From the NCBI GenBank assembly GCA_045635825.1, contig JAZTWM010000007.1, positions 11,635 through 75,634 of the forward strand: a stretch of DNA of 64,000 nucleotides, written 5' to 3'. This DNA comes from Candidatus Enterousia sp. GTDB taxonomy: Bacteria; Pseudomonadota; Alphaproteobacteria; Rs-D84. How positions within the stretch are numbered: the stretch's first letter is position 1; each line of letters begins with the position of its first letter. The position numbers and the translations under genes are program-made. The notes beneath the pieces are model-generated. The model saw only the letters and a program-made list of their open reading frames with translations. It ran no database searches and was not told the origin of the DNA. Below, one piece after another: positions 49,879 to 60,338 of the stretch.

Positions 49879-51387
49879 TTATTCCGCTATCAAGCGATTA
49901 TAAACCTTTTTATCCGTCAAAATCTTTGCAGATACTGCCGCTGCAACCGCATCCTCATCTGCCCCACTAGTAATTGTCGGACAACCACGCCTAATATCAT
50001 CAACATTCACATTTTTTTCGCGATTAAAATCACGTGCATGAAAATCATTATTTACAACATTTAAAAAGAATGCATTACGTTGTTGTGTTGTACGAATATT
50101 AGACAAACACACAATGGGGAAAATCCCACGCCCATCAATAATCTGTCCCTTGCCTGTTTTAATTGATTTATTCAACAACTCTAACGCACCACCATTATCC
50201 AAATCAATTCTTGATGCAATACGTGCACTGCCGGCCGTTGGCGTTCCAACTAAAACACCACGCCCATTCTCATAAAATGCACCAACCAACGCTTCGGCGG
50301 TACCACGTGTCATATTTGACATTAAAACAACAACTGGTACATCCGTAACTGCTTTGCCACCTGGAACAACTTCAACCTCTTCCTGTGCAGTCTGTGCAAT
50401 ACGCATAACTGGCACATCCCCCAAGAACAACCCTGCCATTTTTGCCACAGCCCTTTCATCATCACCTGTTGTTGAACGCAAATCTAAAATAACACCTGTT
50501 ACATCTGGATATCGGGCCAAAGCCTCGTTAACAATCGCCACCGCCCCATCTGATATTTTATGAACGACAAACTCTAACACACCACCTGTCCTTGGGTCTG
50601 TTCGATGAACCACATCTGCATCTGCTAACACAATTGTTGCACGTCGCAAGACAACATCTTTATCCCCATACGGCGTCAACAAATGAATCTTGGATGTCCC
50701 AGAATTAAAGCCCGACATAACCGATGCTAATTCCGCATCAGACATATCGGCCACATCACGCCCATTTATCTGTGCAATCAAATCCCCTGCACTAATCCCT
50801 GCTGTATCTGCAGGCGATCCTTTATACACCCCCGTCACACGCCATTCCCCACGAATATCACGTACGCCTTCGATACCGACACTGGTCAACAAACGTCCAT
50901 CTTCTGCAATTTCTGCATCCTTGGAAAAAATATAGCGACCATTTTCATCAATACCACGCATCAAACTATCTACCACAACTTGATACATCTCACTTTCGCT
51001 TAATTCATGCAGACCTGGATCTTGGGCCCTCATTTTCAAAATCAAAGCAGTTGTTATTTCAGCAAAACCATCCCAATCACGTGCCGCAGGCCTTGGGAAA
51101 TTACCAACAATATCATCCCCCCAAACCAGAACAACACGTTCATCAGTTGCAGCAATATGTGCCTTTGGGTTTAATTTTTCTAGACTTTCAATCGCAACAT
51201 TCAGGCTTTTACCTGCCCAATTAACCGCATCTAATTTACTATAGATTTCCGCAAAGGTCTTGGACACTTCAAATACCGGCAACCCATCTTGCACCGGTTC
51301 ATCTTCAAAGAACAAATCACTGGCCAAGCATGGCGATACCGTCCCCAGGACAATTGTTAACAATGTCAAAAGATTTTTGATTCTCAT
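49879..51387 (-). CDS. S41/CtpA-like PDZ protease homolog, catalytic dyad absent
   Basis: PDZ GSPADTAGI, ILDLR, VVVLMSNMTRGTAE, LVGTPTAGS, GRGIFP. Confidence 0.8.
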   Translation of the reverse strand: MRIKNLLTLLTIVLGTVSPCLASDLFFEDEPVQDGLPVFEVSKTFAEIYSKLDAVNWAGKSLNVAIESLEKLNPKAHIAATDERVVLVWGDDIVGNFPRPAARDWDGFAEITTALILKMRAQDPGLHELSESEMYQVVVDSLMRGIDENGRYIFSKDAEIAEDGRLLTSVGIEGVRDIRGEWRVTGVYKGSPADTAGISAGDLIAQINGRDVADMSDAELASVMSGFNSGTSKIHLLTPYGDKDVVLRRATIVLADADVVHRTDPRTGGVLEFVVHKISDGAVAIVNEALARYPDVTGVILDLRSTTGDDERAVAKMAGLFLGDVPVMRIAQTAQEEVEVVPGGKAVTDVPVVVLMSNMTRGTAEALVGAFYENGRGVLVGTPTAGSARIASRIDLDNGGALELLNKSIKTGKGQIIDGRGIFPIVCLSNIRTTQQRNAFFLNVVNNDFHARDFNREKNVNVDDIRRGCPTITSGADEDAVAAAVSAKILTDKKVYNRLIAE

Positions 51388-51419
51388 ATTTCCAATCCCC
51401 CCAGAAACGGTCACCCTAT

Positions 51420-52286
51420 TTATTTTTCGTCACTATCACGCAAATTAAAGTGATACAACATAATATTAGAAATATAGATACTTGTGAACGTACCCATAAT
51501 AACCGAGAAGCCCATCGCATACGCAAACTCACGCAACAATTGCCCACCGAATATAGACAAACCAATCATTGCCAATAATGTTGAAACACTGGTCAACATG
51601 GTTCGACGCAACATTTCATTTACCGACAAATCAATCAGATCACCCATTGGCATCTTGTGATATTTTTTTACATTCTCATCAATTCGGTCATAGTTAACAA
51701 TCTTGTCATTAATTGAATAACCAATACCGGTCAAGATAACCGCAATTGCTGTTTGATTGAATTCCAACCCTGTAATTGAGAAGAAACCAAACATCAATAC
51801 AAAGTCCAAGAACAGCGAACAAAACGCACCAACTGCATACCCCCCCTTGTATCGAATCCAAACATAGATTGCCATCATAATAAATGCGAACAATATGGCC
51901 AAAATACCACCACGAACCAATTCGCCCCCAATTTTAGGTCCAACAATTTGCACCTGTTCATACTGAACGTTATCACCCAAAATATTTTTTATTTGACCAA
52001 CACGTTCATTTTGCTGGGCATCTGTTGCCCCTTTTGGCAAACCAAAGCGAATCAAAATCGCATCACCATCAACGGTCTGCAATTCTGGCTTAAAATCAGC
52101 CAACGCTTCACGCATCTGTTCAATACCATAATCTTGAACTATTGGTTTGACCTCCATTGCAATACCACCCGAAAAGTCAATACCATAATTCAACCCACGT
52201 ACCAGTAACGACAACACTGACAACAAAATCAATGCACCCGATACAATATACGACAATTTGCGAAACTTCATAACCTGCAATTTCAT
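51420..52286 (-). CDS. secF: Protein translocase SecF
   Basis: GLNYGIDFSGG, VGPKIG, IGYSINDKIV.YDRI. Confidence 0.94.
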   Translation of the reverse strand: MKLQVMKFRKLSYIVSGALILLSVLSLLVRGLNYGIDFSGGIAMEVKPIVQDYGIEQMREALADFKPELQTVDGDAILIRFGLPKGATDAQQNERVGQIKNILGDNVQYEQVQIVGPKIGGELVRGGILAILFAFIMMAIYVWIRYKGGYAVGAFCSLFLDFVLMFGFFSITGLEFNQTAIAVILTGIGYSINDKIVNYDRIDENVKKYHKMPMGDLIDLSVNEMLRRTMLTSVSTLLAMIGLSIFGGQLLREFAYAMGFSVIMGTFTSIYISNIMLYHFNLRDSDEK

Positions 52287-52308
52287 AATACTTCCCCTTT
52301 GCACTTCT

Positions 52309-53871
52309 TTATTTCTTACCACCAGCAAAGCCAATTTTCTTATTCTTGCCATTCATGTACCAATCCACCAAAACCTTGGTCAGACAGACACATGTAAACA
52401 ATGTGGTCAAGATACCAATCGACAATGTAACCGCAAATCCACGAATTGGACCGGCACCAAACTGGAACAACACCAAACCACAAATCAAAGTAGTCAAGTT
52501 ACCGTCCAAAACCGCCTTGGTCGCACGATCAAACCCCGTACTAACTGCACGCAATGGCTGAACACCGGAACGCACCTCATCACGAATTCGTTCAAACGGC
52601 AATACATTTGCGTCAACCGCCATACCCAATGTCAACACGATACCTGCAATACCTGGCAATGTTAATGTTGCACCGAACAAAGCAGTCAAACCAACAATCA
52701 TCCCCAAATTCACCATCAAGGATATACCCGCAATAACACCAAATCCACGATATACCGTAAACAAGAATATAAAGATGAACAATACACCTGCAATCGCCCC
52801 AATTTTACCACCGGCAATCGTATCGGCCCCCAATCCTGCACCAACAGTACGTTCTTCAATCACCTGTAATGGTGCAGGCAAAGCCCCCGAACGCAACAGT
52901 ACCGCCAAATCTTTTGCCCCCTGTAACGAGAAACCACCAGATATCTGTCCACGCCCACCTGGAATTGGTTCACGAATAACTGGCGCAGACAAAACCTTGC
53001 CATCCAGAACAATTGCAAATCTTTCATTTACGTGTTCTGTGGTCAGTTTTGCAAAACGACGGGCCCCAGATGCATCAAACACAGTTGATACAACCGGCAT
53101 ATTATTCTGGTCAAAATCTGCCTGTGAATCCTTCAAAGAATCACCTGACACCTCTACACGTGAATAAACTGGCAAAACCTGCCCCGGCATATCCATATAT
53201 GGCAACAATTCTGTCCCTGATGGTGCACGACCATTCTGCAACTGTTCCATTGTAACAGATTCATTTACCAAATGAAAACTCATCTTTGCTGTCTGACCGA
53301 TAAGTTCCTTGATTCTTTCTGGATTATCTACACCTGGCAATTGAACCAAGATATACTTACCACCCTGACTTTGAATTGATGGTTCTTTGGTCCCCAGCGC
53401 ATCAATACGACGACGCACAATTTCAATACTGCGTGCCAAAGCGTCTTTAATCATTTCTTCTTTTTGTTTATCCGTATAGGACAACTTTATCATCTTACCA
53501 TCACTGGTAATATCAACCGTTCCTGCAAACGCACTCTTTAAGCGTCCTTTGGCATCATTAACTTCATCCTCGTTACGAACAACCAAAGACACAACACCAT
53601 CATGACTACGCAAATTAGAAAAACGAATAACCCCCTTGCTTCTATCAATCAAGGACGAACGTGTTTCCTCGTACAACTGTTGTGTTTTTTCCTGGAACAT
53701 TGTTGCAGTATCAACCTCTAACAACAATTGCGCCCCACCCTTCAAGTCCAACCCCAAAGACACTGGACTAATCCAAGATGGAAAATAAGGCGCCAGTTTT
53801 GGCGACATTGTTGGCACCGCCAACAACACACAAAAAACCGCTGTAAAAATAATCGCCAATTTCTTAAACAT
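52309..53871 (-). CDS. secD: Protein translocase SecD
   Basis: LGLDLKGG, RRIDALG..EP, LRSGALPA, GMAVDANV. Confidence 0.96.
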   Translation of the reverse strand: MFKKLAIIFTAVFCVLLAVPTMSPKLAPYFPSWISPVSLGLDLKGGAQLLLEVDTATMFQEKTQQLYEETRSSLIDRSKGVIRFSNLRSHDGVVSLVVRNEDEVNDAKGRLKSAFAGTVDITSDGKMIKLSYTDKQKEEMIKDALARSIEIVRRRIDALGTKEPSIQSQGGKYILVQLPGVDNPERIKELIGQTAKMSFHLVNESVTMEQLQNGRAPSGTELLPYMDMPGQVLPVYSRVEVSGDSLKDSQADFDQNNMPVVSTVFDASGARRFAKLTTEHVNERFAIVLDGKVLSAPVIREPIPGGRGQISGGFSLQGAKDLAVLLRSGALPAPLQVIEERTVGAGLGADTIAGGKIGAIAGVLFIFIFLFTVYRGFGVIAGISLMVNLGMIVGLTALFGATLTLPGIAGIVLTLGMAVDANVLPFERIRDEVRSGVQPLRAVSTGFDRATKAVLDGNLTTLICGLVLFQFGAGPIRGFAVTLSIGILTTLFTCVCLTKVLVDWYMNGKNKKIGFAGGKK

Positions 53872-53890
53872 AACCCAAACCCCTTACCTT

Positions 53891-54202
53891 TTACTCAACA
53901 GATGCTACGGCATTTTTGTTTACTTCTATAACAACGCCTTTGGCAACTTCTAACTCTATCGTTTTTTCATTGATTTTTTTAATTGTGCCGTAAATACCAG
54001 CCGCCATCACACGATTTCCAACCTGTAATGAATCCAGCATTTTTTGATATTCTGCCATTCTTTTTTTATTTGGACGCACCATAAACAGGTAAATAATTCC
54101 AAACACAACAACACAATACAACACCATGCCCCAGAACCCATTTTGTTGGGCAACCGGTGCAGTTTGCAATGCATTATCAACAACTACTTCGGCTTGTTCC
54201 AT
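53891..54202 (-). CDS. yajC: YajC
   Basis: YLFMVRPNKKR...LQVGNRV..AGIYG upstream of secD; AAGGAG RBS. Confidence 0.9.
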   Translation of the reverse strand: MEQAEVVVDNALQTAPVAQQNGFWGMVLYCVVVFGIIYLFMVRPNKKRMAEYQKMLDSLQVGNRVMAAGIYGTIKKINEKTIELEVAKGVVIEVNKNAVASVE

Positions 54203-54332
54203 ATGTTTTCTCCTTGCTTTAATACCTGCACAATAGTAGAAAAACCCAGAAAAGTAAAGAAAAAATAAAGCCAATCACATACCCATTCAACAGCACATAT
54301 AGCAACGCATAAAATTATTCAAAAACTGTTTT

Positions 54333-56102
54333 TTATCTCTCAAACCAAGTGTCAATTTCTGCCATTGGAATTATTTTATAAACAGGTCGCCCATGATTAC
54401 ATTGACCGGCCCGCTCTGTTCTTTCTATATCTCGCAACAAGGCGTCCATCTGCAACACATCTAACTTTTGCCCTGCACGAACAGAATGATGACATGCATA
54501 ATTTGCCAACTTTAAATGCAGTCTTTCATTCAACTGTGACGAATGCCCATTTGCACGAACCTCTTCTGCTATACTACGCAAGACATCTACCCAATTCAAA
54601 TCCCAATCTGCCGGCTTTTCAAAAATCGCAATCGCATCATCACCAAAACTATCAACCATCAAACCAGATTTTTTCAATTCATCCACAATTGACACAATCG
54701 CCACCACATCCTCTTCACGTAACTGAACCACAATCGGGGTCAACAATGGCTGTGTCTTTATTTTATTTGCACGTAATTTCTCATATGTAATACGTTCATG
54801 TGCAGCATGCTGATCAACAATAACCATGTCATCGCCTTTTTGTGCAATGATGTATTTGTTTCCAACCTGCCCCACAACACGCCCCAAAGGCAAATCAATC
54901 TCACCCACACCAACCGAGCCATCCACCACATCATTTATCACCGGCCGCACATTATCATACGAACGCACAACTGGTTCTGTCACACCAAACATGGACGGCA
55001 TTCTAGCCCCCAAATCATCACACACCTGAAAACGTTCCGCCCGAATACCAAAATCAAATCTTGGCATCGGCACAACTGGTGCTGTGTCACCATCTTTTTC
55101 CTGCACCGCAACAGTTTCCTGAACCATTGTCTTCGCCAATCTGTCACGCAACGTCTTAATAATAAAGGACCGCACATGATTAGGCTCTAAAAAATGCACC
55201 TCTGTCTTGGCAGGCGACACATTCACATCAACTGCATTTGTTGGCAATGTTAAATACAACGCACACAATGGAAACTCACGCGCATGCATTACATCCATAT
55301 ATGCCGCCCGCAACGCACCAACCAAAACCTTGTCTTTTACAGGACGGCCATTCACAAATAAATATTGATCAACACTAGATGCACGTCGTAATGTCGGCTC
55401 TGAAATAAATCCATGCAATCGCATCCCCGCAGTAGACCCCGACACTGCATCCACTTCTAGCATACGACCAACAACATCCGCCCCCATAACAGATGCAATA
55501 CGCGCCTGCATATCTTCATCTTTAACGAAACGCCATTTGTCATTCAAAACAAATCCAACATCTGGTCGTGCCATGGCCAATCGTTTTACCACATCCAACA
55601 CAGACATCATTTCTGCCCTGTCACCACGCAAAAACTTCAAACGTGCCGGCGTTTTGGAAAACAGGTTTTGCACCCGCATACGGGTACCAACTTGCCAATC
55701 AGACGGACGTATTTCATGTGTATTACAATCAATTTGCCAGCCATTGTCATCCACACCATTACACGTATCTATCAGCATATCAGACACAGACGCAATCGAC
55801 GGCAAGGCTTCACCACGAAAGCCCATAAAGTTAATATTCAACAAATCATCATCTGGCAATTTTGATGTTGCATGTCGGGTAATCGCACGTGCCAAGTCAT
55901 CACGTCCCATCCCACCACCGTTATCTATAATAGATATCAATGTACGGCCACCATCAACAACATCTATAACAATTTGATCCGCCCCCGCATCCAAAGAGTT
56001 CTCCACCAATTCTTTCACAACACTGGCGGGTCGTTCCACCACCTCGCCGGCTGCAATTTGATTAATTAAAAACTCTGGCAGAACACGAACAGCCACAACC
56101 AC
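54333..56102 (-). CDS. mutL: Mismatch repair protein MutL
   Basis: NQIAAGEVVERP, GFRGEAL, DVNVSP.K, DQHAAHER, CNHGRP. Confidence 0.96.
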   Translation of the reverse strand: MVVAVRVLPEFLINQIAAGEVVERPASVVKELVENSLDAGADQIVIDVVDGGRTLISIIDNGGGMGRDDLARAITRHATSKLPDDDLLNINFMGFRGEALPSIASVSDMLIDTCNGVDDNGWQIDCNTHEIRPSDWQVGTRMRVQNLFSKTPARLKFLRGDRAEMMSVLDVVKRLAMARPDVGFVLNDKWRFVKDEDMQARIASVMGADVVGRMLEVDAVSGSTAGMRLHGFISEPTLRRASSVDQYLFVNGRPVKDKVLVGALRAAYMDVMHAREFPLCALYLTLPTNAVDVNVSPAKTEVHFLEPNHVRSFIIKTLRDRLAKTMVQETVAVQEKDGDTAPVVPMPRFDFGIRAERFQVCDDLGARMPSMFGVTEPVVRSYDNVRPVINDVVDGSVGVGEIDLPLGRVVGQVGNKYIIAQKGDDMVIVDQHAAHERITYEKLRANKIKTQPLLTPIVVQLREEDVVAIVSIVDELKKSGLMVDSFGDDAIAIFEKPADWDLNWVDVLRSIAEEVRANGHSSQLNERLHLKLANYACHHSVRAGQKLDVLQMDALLRDIERTERAGQCNHGRPVYKIIPMAEIDTWFER

Positions 56103-56113
56103 TCTCCCTCGCT

Positions 56114-56584
56114 CTATTCCTTGAACGTCACTTCCAAGATTTCATATTCCTTTTCACCACCCGGCAATTTTACGATACATGTATCACCAACACAACGCCC
56201 TATCATCGCACGTCCAACCGGTGACGTACATGAAATAACCGTACGCCCATCAGATTCAATATCAGACAAGATTCTGCACTGCATTTTATTACCATCTTCA
56301 TCTTCTGCGACAACACGTGCACCAAAAACAACGCGATTACCCGTCAAAGAATCAATATCAATCACATGCGCGTTTTCAATCACGCCTTCAATAAAGCGAA
56401 TACGATTATCAATTTGACGCTGTTTTTCACGTGCCGCACTATAATCCGCATTTTCAGACAAATCGCCCAGCGATCTGGCCCATTGAACTGTCTTCAATAT
56501 CTCTGGTCTTTGATTTTCCTTCAAATCCTTTAATTCTTTTAACAGACCATCAAAGCCTGCACGTGAAATTGGCTTTTTTTCCAT
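56114..56584 (-). CDS. greA: Transcription elongation factor GreA
   Basis: ARSLGDLSENADY, FGARV, ISCTSPVGRA. Confidence 0.9.
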   Translation of the reverse strand: MEKKPISRAGFDGLLKELKDLKENQRPEILKTVQWARSLGDLSENADYSAAREKQRQIDNRIRFIEGVIENAHVIDIDSLTGNRVVFGARVVAEDEDGNKMQCRILSDIESDGRTVISCTSPVGRAMIGRCVGDTCIVKLPGGEKEYEILEVTFKE

Positions 56585-56674
56585 AACAAATCCTTATACT
56601 AATATTATCTGGCAAATTATAAGCATTCATTTTAATTTTGCAATTATGAAATTTAGCGGTATACTATACATAAT

Positions 56675-57733
56675 ATGTTTAGGCTTAATATCTTAACTCG
56701 TTTCTTGATGCGGCGGTTTTTTTCCGGCGTTGGTCTTGTTATGCTGGTTGTGTGCGGCATTATTTTTGCGGTCACATTTGTTGAACGCCTGCCATCAAAC
56801 CCAACGGCATTTGACGCCCTGTATGAATCATGGGTTCGCCTTTTGGAATATGTACCAATGTTCCTGCCGTTGGCGGTATTTATGGGAACATTATTAACAT
56901 CATATAACCTTACAAAATCCAGCGAAAGCATCATTGTTTCCAGTGCAGGCCTGTCACCATATCAATCTGCCCGCCCATTCTTGGTTGGTGCATTCTTGAT
57001 TGGTGTATTTGCAACCACTGTTATCAACCCCTATTCTGTCGGTATCAGTGTGCAAAACATAACACCCGATCACCTGCAACTGATTGATAATACCATTTGG
57101 TTACGTGAAGAATCAGAAAATGGCTTTATTACAATGAATGCAAAAAACATGCACAAGGCTGGCAACATTCTAATCTTTGAAACCGCAACCGTATACACCC
57201 AAACACCTAACTTCAAATTAACCAGTCGCATTCACGCCGACACAATCACATTATCAGATACCGGCCTATCCGCACACAAGGCAACCATCTGGAATGCAGA
57301 CGGCACAACAAAAACACAAGATTGGTCCGCAACAACGATTTTAACACCACAAACCGTACTGGACAGATACCTACAACCAGACCAAATATCATTCTGGCAA
57401 TTACCTGAATTTATCCACAGAATGGAATCAATTGGCGTGCCTGTTCGTGGTCATCGTGTACAATTATGGACATTGTTGTTCTTGCCACTAACAATGATTT
57501 CAATGGCAACATTAGGGGTCGCATTTTCCCAAACAAAACAACGCCGTAATTACAGTTTTGGTATCAAGTTCAGCCTGGGAATCATAACATGTTTTGCGGT
57601 ATACTTTCTGATAAATATGTTTAATGCCTTGGGTGCCACAGGCACACTGCCCCCTGTATTATCTATTATTGCACCACCACTTATCATTATTGCAGGTGCA
57701 GGTATATTTATAACCAGTTTTGATACAATTTAA
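56675..57733 (+). CDS. LptF/LptG family permease
   Basis: LPLAVFMG...SESIIVSSAGLSP, six TMs with periplasmic beta domain. Confidence 0.88.
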   Translation: MFRLNILTRFLMRRFFSGVGLVMLVVCGIIFAVTFVERLPSNPTAFDALYESWVRLLEYVPMFLPLAVFMGTLLTSYNLTKSSESIIVSSAGLSPYQSARPFLVGAFLIGVFATTVINPYSVGISVQNITPDHLQLIDNTIWLREESENGFITMNAKNMHKAGNILIFETATVYTQTPNFKLTSRIHADTITLSDTGLSAHKATIWNADGTTKTQDWSATTILTPQTVLDRYLQPDQISFWQLPEFIHRMESIGVPVRGHRVQLWTLLFLPLTMISMATLGVAFSQTKQRRNYSFGIKFSLGIITCFAVYFLINMFNALGATGTLPPVLSIIAPPLIIIAGAGIFITSFDTI

Positions 57734-57751
57734 CCCCAAGGGACAACACAA

Positions 57752-57886
57752 ATGCCTATCAAGAAAAAAAAGAAATCTAGATTCAGCAAGATTTTAATAT
57801 GGCTACTTATCGCCACATTGATTGCATTGATGATAATATCATTTTCAACACCACAACACATGATGGAAATTGTTGTATATCCATGA
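57752..57886 (+). CDS. Small single-TM protein, 44 aa (not in ORF track)
   Basis: AAGGGA RBS; MPIKKKKKSRFSKILIWLLIATLIALMIISFSTPQHMMEIVVYP; ATGA overlap with xerD. Confidence 0.65.
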   Translation: MPIKKKKKSRFSKILIWLLIATLIALMIISFSTPQHMMEIVVYP

Positions 57887-58734
57887 ACTATATTGACATA
57901 TTTTTAGAAGCATTATCAGCAGAAAAAGGACGCAGCACAAAAACATTAATCAGTTATGAATCAGATCTGCGTCTGGCTGACACATCTATCCCAGGCGGAC
58001 TGATGGGGGCCGATGATATTGCAATACAAAACTATCTATCCACCCTGCCAGACAAGCCATCTTCTATTGCACGCAAGGCATCCGCCCTGCGTGGATTTTA
58101 CAAATTTTTAATGCTTGAAAAAATTATATCAAAAAACCCAACAACCAACCTAGAATTACCACGTCGCACACGTACCCTGCCAAAGTTTTTATCAATCGAT
58201 GAAATCGAATTGTTAATATCCAGTGCCGGCGACATAAAAAACTCAACCCGCCTGCGTGCAATGATTGAATTATTATACGCATCGGGCTTACGTGTATCTG
58301 AATTATGCGAACTGCCAATGACTGGTATTCTGGGTGACAAACTATTAATCCATGGCAAAGGTGCCAAAGAAAGATTGGTACCCATGCATGAAACCGCCAT
58401 CAACGCATTAAACAAATGGTTAAACATTCGCGGCGAATGCGATTCAAAATACGTATTTCCATCAGGTGGCAAATCTGGACATATAACACGCGATGGATTT
58501 TTTAAAATACTAAAAAAATGTGCTGTACTTTCTGGCATTGACCCAGATCGTGTCAGTCCACATGTCCTGCGTCATTCCTTTGCATCACACCTGCTGGCGG
58601 GGGGTGCAAACCTGCGTGCCATACAAACAATGTTGGGACACGAAGACATATCAACAACCCAAATCTATACACACGTTATGCCAAATAAATTACGTGAAAC
58701 ATTACAAGAACACCATCCCCTGGCAAATAAATAA
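57883..58734 (+). CDS. xerD: Tyrosine recombinase XerD
   Basis: LYASGLRVSEL, GKGAKERLVP, SPHVLRHSFASHLL, MLGHEDISTTQIYTHV. Confidence 0.9.
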   Translation: MNYIDIFLEALSAEKGRSTKTLISYESDLRLADTSIPGGLMGADDIAIQNYLSTLPDKPSSIARKASALRGFYKFLMLEKIISKNPTTNLELPRRTRTLPKFLSIDEIELLISSAGDIKNSTRLRAMIELLYASGLRVSELCELPMTGILGDKLLIHGKGAKERLVPMHETAINALNKWLNIRGECDSKYVFPSGGKSGHITRDGFFKILKKCAVLSGIDPDRVSPHVLRHSFASHLLAGGANLRAIQTMLGHEDISTTQIYTHVMPNKLRETLQEHHPLANK

Positions 58735-58747
58735 AAAAGGTAACTAT

Positions 58748-59251
58748 ATGATAAAAAAATGTGACAAACCAGGTTGCACCAAGGCCGGAACATGTCGTGC
58801 CCCCAAGAATCGTGATTTGCGAGAATATTGGTTTTTTTGCCAAGAACATGCGGCAGAATACAATAAAAACTGGAACTTTTATGCCAACATGACCCCCGAA
58901 GAAATCGAAGAAGACTGGGAAAAACAAACATTTGGCACAACACTAAAAGATAAAAAAACAGCCAACGAAGATGCAAAAAATTACGAAAAGTTTATAAACG
59001 ATTTTATCACAGGTCGTCACAACTTTGATAAAATGCCCGCAAAAAGCAAACTGCCAACAAACGTGGTCAGTGCATTAAAGGTCTTTGGGCTGGGCATATC
59101 CGCCACATGGCGTGAAGTCGGTGTAAAATATCGTGCCCTGGCAAAACAGTACCACCCTGACACCGCAACAGATAAAAAAAATGCGGCCACAGAATTTGCC
59201 CGCATATCAACGGCATACGATTTATTAAAAAAGCATTACGGCAAAAAATAA
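58748..59251 (+). CDS. J-domain protein of alphaproteobacterial type
   Basis: CDKPGC...RAPK...FCQEHAAEYNKNWNFY; C-terminal YHPD J-domain. Confidence 0.88.
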   Translation: MIKKCDKPGCTKAGTCRAPKNRDLREYWFFCQEHAAEYNKNWNFYANMTPEEIEEDWEKQTFGTTLKDKKTANEDAKNYEKFINDFITGRHNFDKMPAKSKLPTNVVSALKVFGLGISATWREVGVKYRALAKQYHPDTATDKKNAATEFARISTAYDLLKKHYGKK

Positions 59252-59276
59252 TAATCCCCCAAACGGGGGATTTTTT
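59252..59276. terminator. Bidirectional intrinsic terminator
   Basis: TAATCCCCC-AAAC-GGGGGATTTTTT. Confidence 0.85.
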
Positions 59277-59469
59277 ATTTCGTCTTTTTAATTGCTTTCT
59301 TCTTTGCAACTGGCTTTTTTTCTTGTGCCTTCGCTGGCTTTTTTACCTCTTTCTTAAAGACGTTCAAACCTTCGGCCAAGTTTTTCATCATGCCTGGGAA
59401 CTTATTATGCCCAAACAGGATAACAACCAACAAAACAATCAGTGCAATTTCCATCCATCCCAATCTCAT
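59275..59469 (-). CDS. tatA: TatA/E
   Basis: LGWMEIALIVLLVVILFG..KFP.MMKNLAEGLNVFKK. Confidence 0.9.
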   Translation of the reverse strand: MRLGWMEIALIVLLVVILFGHNKFPGMMKNLAEGLNVFKKEVKKPAKAQEKKPVAKKKAIKKTK

Positions 59470-59484
59470 ACTGTCCCCCTATTC

Positions 59485-60246
59485 TTATTTTGCAACATAG
59501 CAATCCAAGCCATCGGACTTTGCATTACGACAGAAACCATTTGCATCTGATGCCGTCTTGAACGCAACACGCAAACGATATGTCGTCTTGCCATCTTTCA
59601 ACTGTGCCGCCAAGATAACAAACTGATGTCCATCAAACAAACTCTTGTGTGCATTCGCAATTTGACGTTGTGCACTTTCTGCCAATGCACGACTGCTGTA
59701 CGAACCAAACTGAACATACCATGCACCCGCTACAGGTTTTGAAATCTTTGGCTTTGCTGCTGACTTTGGTTTAGTTTCCGTTTTCTTAGCAACAGTCTTA
59801 ACAGGTTTTGCCACAGGTTGTTCAACAACCACCTTTGGTTGTGCAACAGGTTTTACAGGTGCAGATTCTGGCTCAAAAACAACTTCTTTTCGTTCCTCCA
59901 CAACACGTACTGGCACCCCAGCTGTTGCCTGAACAGGCTTTGCAACAGGCTGTGGTTGCACCTGAACTGGTTCAACAGGCGGCATAACATTCATATCAAC
60001 AGGCGCCCCTGCTTCATCAACAATTGCAACAGGTGCATCTAAATCCACCTCTATTGACGAAGAATCTTCATCACCAATTGCACGAATAATAACATATGTT
60101 GCCAACACAATTACCGCTAAACCAACACCTAACAACAACCATGGTTTTTTTGGTCGTGGACTGGCAAACGGTGTCACATCTGGCAATGTATCCATAGAAC
60201 CATTATCATCTAAATCCAGTAAATCCAAGTTATTATCATCATTCAT
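59485..60246 (-). CDS. SPOR-domain membrane protein (FtsN-like architecture)
   Basis: Single TM, P/K/V linker, WYVQFGSY...YRLRV...C...C. Confidence 0.85.
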   Translation of the reverse strand: MNDDNNLDLLDLDDNGSMDTLPDVTPFASPRPKKPWLLLGVGLAVIVLATYVIIRAIGDEDSSSIEVDLDAPVAIVDEAGAPVDMNVMPPVEPVQVQPQPVAKPVQATAGVPVRVVEERKEVVFEPESAPVKPVAQPKVVVEQPVAKPVKTVAKKTETKPKSAAKPKISKPVAGAWYVQFGSYSSRALAESAQRQIANAHKSLFDGHQFVILAAQLKDGKTTYRLRVAFKTASDANGFCRNAKSDGLDCYVAK

Positions 60247-60338
60247 GATAAAATCCCCCCTTATTCGTTATGGATATTATATCATAAAAAAAGCAAGAAA
60301 AAAACGACAATTGTCGTTTTTTCTACATTATATACACC

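Noticed and set aside
57883-58734. Tyrosine recombinase as a phage or ICE integrase
   Set aside because: Size and motifs match chromosomal XerD; housekeeping context; no att-like repeats seen
58520-58747. N-terminal extensions in the ORF track (also at trxB, mucR, secF, yajC, sufS, xerD)
   Set aside because: They overlap neighbouring genes or promoters; downstream starts with an RBS or coupling fit the family N-termini
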